A stretch of DNA of 64,000 bases. It comes from Octopus vulgaris. Lineage: Eukaryota. Position numbers and translations under genes: made by a program. The stretch spans positions 4,464,001 to 4,528,000 of the forward strand of contig OX597838.1 in the NCBI GenBank assembly GCA_951406725.2, given 5' to 3'. Under the pieces are notes generated by a model. The model was not told the origin of the DNA and ran no database searches. It was given only the letters and a program-made list of their open reading frames with translations. Positions 54,770 to 64,000 of this stretch are shown one piece after another; within the stretch, counting starts at the first letter, position 1; each line of letters starts with the position of its first letter.

Positions 54770-55125
54770 GTAGTGTCTTAACCTTGGACACCCTTGCATT
54801 CACTGCAGGCCAGTAACCCACAGACCCAGTATGAACCAACGTATGAATTGTTCAACAGCAAGGTGACATGCAACAAATGATATTAGTACTTGCTCTGTGG
54901 AACTGGTCCACTGAGATCCAACAGCAAAAACAGTACTCTTTACTCTTTTACTTGTTTCAGTCATTTGACTGCGGCCATGCTGGAGCACCACCGTTAGTCG
55001 AACGAATCGAACCCAGGATTTATTCTTTGGAAGCCTAGTACTTATTCTATTGGTCTCTTTTGCCAAACCGCTAAGTTATGGGGGACAGCATTGGTTGTCA
55101 AGCAATGTTGGGGGGACAAACACAG

Positions 55126-55170
<45 letters not shown>

Positions 55171-56320
55171 TACGACGGGCTTCTTTCAGTTTCCGTCTAC
55201 CAAATCCACTCACAAGGCTTTGGTTGGCCCGAGGCTATAGCAGAAGACACTTGCCCAAGGTGCCACGCAGTGGGACTGAACCTGGAACCATGTGGTTGGT
55301 AAGCAAGCTACTTACCACACAGCCACTCCTACGCCTATAATGTATGCTGGGAGAAAATTTAGTCTCAGGCATGGACAACCTTTCACAAGAAGTGGGCCAC
55401 ATGTGGCATAAAGCGGCATCAGGAAGATTGAGCTACAAAAAAATTCCAAGATAATTCTTCATTACGTAAGGAGGAGTCCTTGGCTCTGTAGCATCTCAAC
55501 CTTGGATACACCTGCAATCACTGCAGGTTAGTAACCCACAGACCCAATATGAACGAACTTAGCAATTGCTCAACTGCTGGGAGACATGCGATAAATTATA
55601 AGTGTTTGTTCTGTGGAACTGGTCCATTGAGACAGACATGGCCAACTTTTTATGAAAAGTGGGCTGCATGAGAGCCACTGCCTGGTACTGCATCAGAGCA
55701 TTATTATTATCGTTATTATCATTATTATTATTAAGGTGGTGAGCTGGCAGACTCAGCGTGCTGGATGAAATGCTTAGTGGTGATTTGCCCATTGGTATGT
55801 TCTGAGTTCAAATTCTGCCGAGGTCGACTTTACCTTTCATCCTTTCAGGGTAGATAAATTAGTTCTTTACTAATTAGCATCAGGCAGGTTACATTATTTA
55901 AAATATTCAAGATTATGTAGCATCTTGGCCTTGAATAAATATCCTTGCAATCACTGCTGGGCAGTAACACAGACCAGGTACGAAGCAGGTAAAGAATCAT
56001 TCAACTACCAGGTGACATACAATAAATGTTAACAACGCTTGTTCTCTGGAACTGGTCCTTTGAAACCCAATAGCTAAATAGTTGTATGTGTGAGGGGAAG
56101 GATTAGTCACACACATGGACAGCATTTCACGAGAAGTGGGCTGCATGAGAAGGTAACTTTTTGTTAGGTAAAGAGCCCTTGACTATATGATGCCTTGGCC
56201 TTGGGTGCACCTGAGCAGATACAAACCGACCTATGAATCATTCAACTACTTAGTGACCCGCAACAAGCAGTAACAGCACTTGCTCTGTGGAACTGGTTTT
56301 TAGAGATACGACAGCGAAAG
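54770..56320. repeat. decayed tandem repeat (~4 units) interrupted by SINEs
   Basis: The block CACTGCAGG..AGTAACCCACAGACCC..TCTGTGGAACTGGTCC recurs at ~54800, 55520, 55950 and 56230. Confidence 0.7.
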
Positions 56321-57135
56321 AAGCTGTGTACGTTGGGAAAAGGTCAAATCACGGACAGGAGCCTATTTTTTTATCAAGACATGGGGCCAGGTGAGACATG
56401 GCTCATCATCAGGTAAGTCTCACTAATAAAACAATTTTTCGTTAGGCGTGGCCATTCAGAAAATCTCATGAGATTCAGTTTACCTGTAACAGGTGTAAAA
56501 ATATGCATAAAGCCCCCCCCCATCCCACCCCAACACCACCATCTCCTCCTCCTCTGCACATCAATATCAAGTAAAAATAAAAAAAAAAATGTTCATGTCC
56601 TGACAATAACTCATTGCTCGGTCACTTGTGACTATCAGCCTTGACTGAATGAAAGAGGAGAGAAATAGCAAAATATGTTGAGCTATTCACAATGACTAAA
56701 AGAGAAAGCTTTGTGAGCAAGGAGAGAAGTTTTCATGGTTGACTGCTCTTGGGAAGGACATATTTTTGTTCATTTGTTCAAACCAAACAGCATCACAAAT
56801 GTATATGTATACATGCATGCATGTATGTGTGTGTGTATATATATATATATATACACATACATACATACACATACCTACACATAAACAAATACATTATACA
56901 TTCACATCTACATAAATACATTCATGTCTATATACACACACACACATTCGTACATGTATACACACATTCGTACATGTATACACACATTCATACATATATA
57001 TACACATACATTCAAGCACACACACACACATGCACGTACTATATATAGATATATATATATATATATACGCACCAACTTACCATTCCATCACAGACACATA
57101 CAAATACACACACAGATATTGCATATGTGGTCTTT

Positions 57136-57167
<32 letters not shown>

Positions 57168-59060
57168 GTATATATATGTATATGATGATGATGATGATGT
57201 ACCTACTTAACATTTCAATACAGATATAATACAGGTTTTCCCAGCCACAACAAAAGGCGACACAGTTTCTCTATAAAAATGGATTGTATTGTTCCTCTAT
57301 CACCATTTTATTTGTAAAGAGAACTGAAAATCTGGTTTACGTTGGAACATAATAGCACGGAGAAGTTGCTACATTTGGAATCAGGCCAGAATGTTTGTAT
57401 GGGTGGGCGAGGGCGGACCACAGTCGGTGAAATAAATCACGACGATGGTATGCGTTTGGCTTTTAGTGTTTTGTAGGTCTCTAGAGTGAATGTAAAGCGC
57501 AGTCTGTTTCCGATTAGTCCTCATGCCAGCTCTGTGAAGGTATATGAAAGTTATGCCATCCATGGCCATCCTGTCGGCTTGCTCCACGTTTGACCATCTG
57601 TGATGAGGAGCATCTAGTCCTCTTTAAGGATGACCGATGACTTGTGCAGGGAGTTTGTTTAAGCCTTGAGGATTGTGTGTGTTATCTCGTAGCTTCACAA
57701 TTTCAATGTTGAGTTTGTATATTTTTAGAATGACATTGTAGAGTAGGTGTAAGAGGTTGGATCTGGGAGGTTTAACATAAAACAGGTAGAATATCTGAGC
57801 TGAATATGGCTGGATTAAATGCTAAAGGGTTAAGCTTTTAGGATTTAAATTGGTCATATCCTGCCCAACTACTCAAACTGTATGTTCAAAGTAGCCAGAT
57901 CCAGCCTCTCACACCTACCCTACAATGTCGTTTTAGAAGTAAAGAATCACATCAATGAAATTCTGAAGCTTAGAGATAAAACGCATGATTCACCGAAAAC
58001 AAAATGTGAATCAGTAAGGATTAGATTTGGTAGAATAATCCGAGTGCCAGAGGGTTAAACTGACCAAGTCAGGCTTCTCACACCTACCCTACAATGCCAT
58101 TCTGAACATAAACAGTCACACCAATGAAAATAAGCGTTGGAATTGATGGAGCATTCTGAATGCGAAGAAGAGTTGCACATTGTCAACTTTGCGTTCTTGT
58201 TCAAGACTGTCTTCCTCCCAGTGGCAAGACCAGGTCAAGATGGTCAGGGACGGAGAGGACCAAGATGTCTGGCTTGCTTCATCTTGTTCTGTATTTGTGT
58301 GTTTGTCTACCCACCATCACTTGATAACCGATGTTGGTGTGTTTATATCCCCCATGACTTAGCAGTTCAGCAAAATTGACCAATACAAAAAGTACCAGGC
58401 TTCAAAATAAGCATTGGGTGGTGATTAGTTTGACTAAAATTCCTCAAGATAGTGCCCCAGCATGGCCACAGTCTAATGAATGAAACAAGTTAAAGAATAA
58501 ATACCCTTGAATTGCTTTTAGAAGTGTGACCCCCTCCCGCCGATGTGGGGGCCATATCTCATGCGGCCCACTTCTCAGCAAAGGTTGGCCCACACTTGAT
58601 GTCGATGTGATGGTAGTGCAGTGCGATTTTAGTGGGGTTGGGCACCTTTTGCACAGCACAGTTTGCTTTCGTGAAGGTGTGGCAAATTGGAAACGAAAGC
58701 AGAGCTCCGTTCGAAATACCTTACAGGTGTTCCTTTCATGTTCACCCCATTCCACAACCGCAACCCAGCCAGTGTCACTGACACGACCACCACACCTACA
58801 CAATGACACCGAGACGTGACAAAGCTGTGTAACATCTGCAGCAGCACAGACACAGGACAAATACAGACTTAGGCAACACATAGGCACGAGTGTGGCTGTG
58901 TGGTAATGAGCTTGCTTCCCAACCACATGGTTCCAGGTTCAGTCCCACTGCGTGGCACCTTGGGCAAGTGTTTTCTACTATAGCTGTGGGCCAACCAAAG
59001 CCTTGTGAGTGGATTTAGTAGGCCAAAACCGAAAGAAGCCCATTGTGTGTGTTTATATAT

Positions 59061-59128
<68 letters not shown>

Positions 59129-59130
<2 letters not shown>

Positions 59131-59247
59131 AAATTTAGAGGATTGACCACTAAAAGTGGACAGCCTGTATGCTAGATATAGATGCCAAAATCGTCTATAT
59201 CTAGCATACAGGCTGTCCACTTTTAGTGGTCAATCCTCTAAATTTTG
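59129..59247. repeat. 54-bp perfect inverted repeat (11-nt loop)
   Basis: Arms 59129-59182 / 59194-59247 are exact reverse complements; (TA)n adjacent. Confidence 0.92.
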
Positions 59248-59643
59248 AATGTAAAAAAATTTTAATCTTCGGATTTTTTTAAATATGCTAAAGCCACTGG
59301 TTTTAATTGATTAATATCAGTTTCTACCCTTATTTAATTATATATATATATATATATATACTCCCATGCTTTCTGAGATTCGCCAACACCACACCTGATT
59401 TTCTCCCCTCCATACACACACAAGCATGTATCTAACTCATACATTGTTCGCTTTCCAGACATTTCTACATTACTGCATGTACTTTGTATGCACTTTCTGA
59501 CAAGTTGTGGTGCACCTGAGCACTGCATACAATAATTTCATTATTATATTATTATTATATATGGATATGGAAATAATTTATTCTCTAATGCAGAATAATG
59601 CTGAACAGCATGAATAGGATAAATAATCCTTATATTGCAGAAA

Positions 59644-59738
59644 AATTTGTCAGTGGCCAGCTATGGGACTCGAACTCACATCTCTGTGATTACTGCCCGA
59701 GTGCTTTACCATTAAGCTAAAGTGCCCATTGACAAATT
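59644..59738 (-). pseudogene. tRNA-like (SINE-head or pseudo-tRNA) sequence enclosed by a 13-bp inverted repeat
   Basis: Minus strand: TAGCTTAATGG A-box and GTTCGAGTC B-box, poor acceptor stem; flanks AATTTGTCAGTGG / CCATTGACAAATT. Confidence 0.5.
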
Positions 59739-61220
59739 CTGATGTGTGTGTGTGTGTGTGTGTTTTCCCCCTTCTATTGCTCGACAATCAGTGTGGGTGT
59801 GTTTATGTCACCATAACTTAGCAGATCAGCAAAAGAGATTGATAGAATAAGTACCAGGATTTTGATATCCTTCTCCCCATAAACACATTTAATGGTCCGT
59901 TGCTAGGATTTAAATCAAAAATTTGGCCTGCCTGTAGTTTAAACTGTCATTTAAAAAGAAAAAAAAATTGGGTGGAATTCTGCTCTAAGTACCCCTGTCT
60001 TGTGAATTCCTGCATATAGAATACAAATTCACAAAAAGTTTTCTGAAAACTCCAAGAAATACAAAAAAGTTATGAGGGATTATATGCCATACATAAAAAC
60101 AAATTTCTATTTAGTTTTCATTTTGAGTGTTATGACACCCCAAATAGTTTTGGAAACATTAAACAGAGACGTCATGCTGTCATGAATTTGAATAACCTGA
60201 TTGTCGAAACAATGCCAAAGGTCATGTTCCAAAAATAGAAGAAGAGAGAGAGAGAAAGTGAAAACTCATAAATTAGGGAAAGGCAAAATGAATATTCGCC
60301 TCAGGCTTATGTTTTGCTCTGTTGGAGTAAACCAAGGATGACATTTGCTTTCACCCTTTTGATACCGACCCAACTGTGACTGACCCAGGTTCTATGACAC
60401 AAACTTACTGTCTACATTATAATCTTCCGTCAAAGTTTTATGCTAATTTATTCAAGACCCCCAGCGTCATAATGAGAAAGTTAAGATGACAAAGGCTGAG
60501 ATGCCTGGTGCTTTGATGTACTCAAAGACCCATGCTGCACAGCAGAAGTGTTAAGTTAAGCCCGGTCTCCCTGGTGGGGAGGATTGACCGGTAAGGGTTC
60601 GGTGCTGGTGCCACATAAAAAGCACATGTAGCAGTGCTACATGAAAGTGCCCATGCAGTGTCACGTAAAAGCACCTTTGCAGTGCCATGTAAAAAGCACT
60701 CATGTGGTGCTACGTAAAAGCACTCATGTGGTGCTACGTAAAAGCACTCAGCACACTCAGTAAAGTGGCTGGCATTAGGAATGGCATCCAGCTGTAGAAA
60801 CCATGTCAAATCAGACTGGAGCCTGGTGAGGCACATGTGGACACATCAGCTCCGGTCAAACCATCCAACCTATGCCAGCATGGACAACAGTCGTTATCAT
60901 CATCATCATCATCGTTTAACGTCTGCTTTTCATGCTAGCATGGGTTGGACGAATGACTGAGGACTGGCGAACCAGATGGCTGCACCAGGCTCCAGTTTGA
61001 TCTGGCAGTGTTTCTACAGCTGGATGCCAACCACTCTGAGTGTAGTGGGTGCTTTTATGTGCCACCGGCACGAAGGCCAGTCAGGTACACACACACACGT
61101 ACACAAATATATATATATACATAACAGGAAGCTTTATGAAAATAAACAAAAGACGAAGGCAGGTGGAATACAAACAAACAATTGTATTAGTATGGCGCTC
61201 AGGAATATAAATAAAACAAG

Positions 61221-61257
61221 TCTTTTACGTTTCGAGCCTACGCTCTTCAACAGAAAG

Positions 61258-61258
<1 letters not shown>
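61221..61258 (-). ncRNA. minimal hammerhead-like motif (variant core CUGUUGAA)
   Basis: TCTTT-CTGTTGAA-GAGC(GTAG)GCTC-GAAA-CGTA-AAAGA; family copies at 15405-15440 (-), 18223-18245 (-, truncated, canonical CTGAAGA) and 28360-28396 (+). Confidence 0.45.
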
Positions 61259-61288
<30 letters not shown>

Positions 61289-61362
61289 CACATATGTACA
61301 CACACACATGTATATATAATGATAGAAGAAAAGGGATGAAAATGAAAGGTTTTTTTTCTTAC

Positions 61363-61503
61363 CTCTCTGTCAACCAACCTCAAGGCGTACTTTACGTCTT
61401 TGTTCTCAAGCGTCACCTTGGCTTTCTTGCTGCCTGAGAACAAGTGTTTGGCCAGGATTGCCGTCATGACAACAACACCAACGCCAACCAGGATAGGAAT
61501 TGC
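61363..61503 (-). CDS. CYB5R3: NADH-cytochrome b5 reductase exon (N-terminal membrane anchor); first coding exon not identified
   Basis: 141 nt, phase 0-0; AIPILVGVGVVVMTAILAKHLFSGSKKAKVTLENKDVKYALRLVDRE; CAG acceptor, GTAAG donor. Confidence 0.93.
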
Positions 61504-62289
61504 CTGCAAGAAGAGAGAGAGAGAAAGAGAGAGTGTGTGAGTTTCTCAGAATGATGTGTAAGAATGAGTCCTTCTCAAAATCACTGTCATTTAATGTCCG
61601 GTTTCTATGTTGGAATGGTTTGATAGGATCCGGCAAGCCGCAGAGCTTTGCTAAACCCCACTGTCAGTTTTGGCATGATTACAATGGCTGGATACCCTTC
61701 CCTTCCTGTCACCAACCCACAACTGTTTTTCAGGTAATCAAAGACATTCCAACAGTGGTCATCCAGGAAGAGAGAGAGAGAGAGAGAACAGAGAAAAAGA
61801 GAGCAAACAAAAACTGCCAAAAAAGCAAAGGGAGAGACACATAGGGAGAGAGGCAGAAAGAGAAGAGAGGGAGGGAGAGAGAGCAGAGGCAGAGAGAGAG
61901 AGAGAGAGAGAGAGGAGGGAGGGAAGGATAGAGAGAGAAGGGATAGAGGGAGAGAGGAGGGACAGTGAGAGAGAGAGAGAGGAAGGACAGAGGGAGAGAG
62001 AGAGATGAAGGATAGAGGGAGAGAGAGAGAGAGAAGAGGGCACAGAGAGAGAGAGAGAGAGCAGAGAAGAGTGTGTGTGTGTGTGTGTGTGTGTGTGCAC
62101 TAGTGTTTATGATTGTCCATGCTTGAGTGAATGTGTAATTGAGCGAGCAAGCATGTGCATGTAATGGAGTGAATGAATGAGTGCACATGAATGCATCTGT
62201 GCAGATGCTGACAGGTAAGAGAGTAACTGCTCTGAGCAGGTGTTTTATCCATCAGTTTATGAGCCGTGGTATTTAGTCCAAGCCTGCAT

Positions 62290-62670
62290 CAGCCTGCAGC
62301 CTCCTACCTCACAGCTATCCATCGCATCTGCTGGTACGGACATGTCCTCTGTCTCCCACCAAGATCATCCTACCACGGCTTAATCCTCCCTCAATGCAGC
62401 AGCTGCAGCCTGAAAGAGGCCTTTAAGATGACTTGTCAGGGTTGGCGAAAGCGATGTGGTGGACAACGAAAAACCTGGCTGATGACAGTCAAGGCTGATC
62501 TGGAACCCAACCTAGGCCCCCATATCTATGGCGTTCGCCGCTGGAATAAGGAGTGGTTGGAGATCCCGCGGTTGTTAGCGCCAAATCGCCAGGCCTGGTC
62601 GGCGTTTGTGAGAGATGCAGCATTGAGGATGAATGAAGCCAGCTCAACCCACCCCGGGTGAATGCTGTCT
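62290..62670 (+). mobile_element. RTE-clade LINE 3' remnant
   Basis: RICWYGHVL...GWRKRCGGQRKTWL...W...NRQAWSAFV resembles the C-terminus of RTE-type ORF2. Confidence 0.7.
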
Positions 62671-64000
62671 GAAGTCAAGTCAAAGACAAGAAAGAGGCCT
62701 TGTGGCAGGTCCCGCAGCAGATGGTTGGACATGATTAAAGAAGATATGCAGAGGCTTTGCAGACGCCACATTGCAAGATGCAGAGAGGCTGACACAAAGA
62801 CGCCAGCGATGGAGAGTTCTGGTCGGCTCTGGGACCACTAACCTGCAATGACCCCAGCCTCATCAAGCAAGGGCATGAAGCAAGAAGTAAGCATCGATTT
62901 ACTGAGCCTTTTATCCTCCCAGTTTTGGATCAACAAAATAAAATACCAGTTATGCACTAGGGGATTGACCTGATGAGATTTGTAGCCAATGGCCTACATT
63001 AGAAAGTATTTGGATGGTGGTACCTCAAGCCTTGCATTTAATACAGCAAGGGACCCCAACTGCTGTACCACAGACCAGAGCAAGGTCAGGGATCATTTGG
63101 TACTGAATAAATTATATAGGTACAGGCGTAGTTGTGTGGTAAGAATTTTGCTTCCCAAACCAAATGGTTCTGGGTTCAGTCTCACTGTGTGACACCTTGG
63201 GCAAGTATCTTCTAAATAGCCTTGGGGCAACCAAAGCCTTGTGAGTGGATCTGGTAGATGGAAACTGAAAGAAGCCCATTGTGTGCGTGTGTGTTTGTCC
63301 CCCCAGCCACCACTTGATAACTGATGTTGGTATGTTTATGCTCCTGTAACTTAGTGGTTTGGCAAAGGATATCGATAGAATAAGTACCCTCACTAGGTTT
63401 TGGTTGACCAAGGCTATAATAGAAGACACTTGCTGAAGGTGACATGCAATGGACCATTAAATGTATTTATGGGGAGAAAGATATCGAAATCCTGGTACTT
63501 GTTCTATTAGTGAGATTGAACCTGGAACCATGAGGTTGGAAAGCAAGCTTCTTACCACACAGCCACACCTACGCTTATGGATAACTTCCAGAAATTCCTG
63601 ACCTCACAATGGTAGCAGAGGGCATTGCTATTCTATGATAAACTCTATAGGCCTTGCAGCAGCAGCAGCAGCAGCCAGGCCTGTGTGAAATTCATGTGAC
63701 TCTATGATGTAACTGCTCCACAAATATGCACAGCAGTGTCTGAACATTGTTAACTCATGGACTTTTGCCAAAAGCTGTGGCCTCCTCTACAAATGGATTC
63801 AGCAATTAGCCAAGTCCATCACGAGAGAGTCGAACCTCTAATTTCCTTTGGTTGCTAAGGGCAGGAAGTTTTCCTTTGTCTGGCGACTGTAGAAGACTAA
63901 ACTGAAAAGAATAAGGACAAGCATTTTCTTCTGTTGCTAAGGAGTCTTAACCCTTTAATATTCAGATCACACTGTCCAATGTAACACTTGATTATCCACA

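Noticed and set aside
63608-63625. ATG CCC TCT GCT ACC ATT|GTGAGG (minus) as the first coding exon of CYB5R
   Set aside because: Phase fits, but an 18-nt match like this arises easily by chance; no promoter or homology evidence.

Overview
Repeat-rich animal (eukaryotic) genomic DNA. The microsatellite load and the SINE, Helitron and LINE families suggest a coleoid cephalopod such as Octopus (inference). Almost all ORFs in the supplied track are microsatellite or SINE artefacts. Two spliced genes were reconstructed by hand, both on the minus strand. (1) A complete 6-exon secreted S1A serine protease (CDS 35347->8150, 807 nt, 268 aa) with an intact His/Asp/Ser triad, a chymotrypsin-type S1 pocket and an unusual Phe-IVGG activation site. 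(2) NADH-cytochrome b5 reductase (CYB5R3-like; 8 coding exons, 61503->45304), whose first coding exon was not identified. Introns are filled with tRNA-derived SINEs, non-autonomous Helitrons, Tc1, R4/Dong-like, L1/Tx1-like and RTE-like LINE remnants, minisatellites and fold-back repeats. The most notable non-coding signal is a set of minimal type-I hammerhead ribozyme motifs of the kind associated with Penelope-like retroelements. One has a fully canonical core and sits in both arms of an apparently perfect 218-bp inverted repeat in protease intron 2. Another is fused to a tRNA-like Pol III head in a fold-back element.
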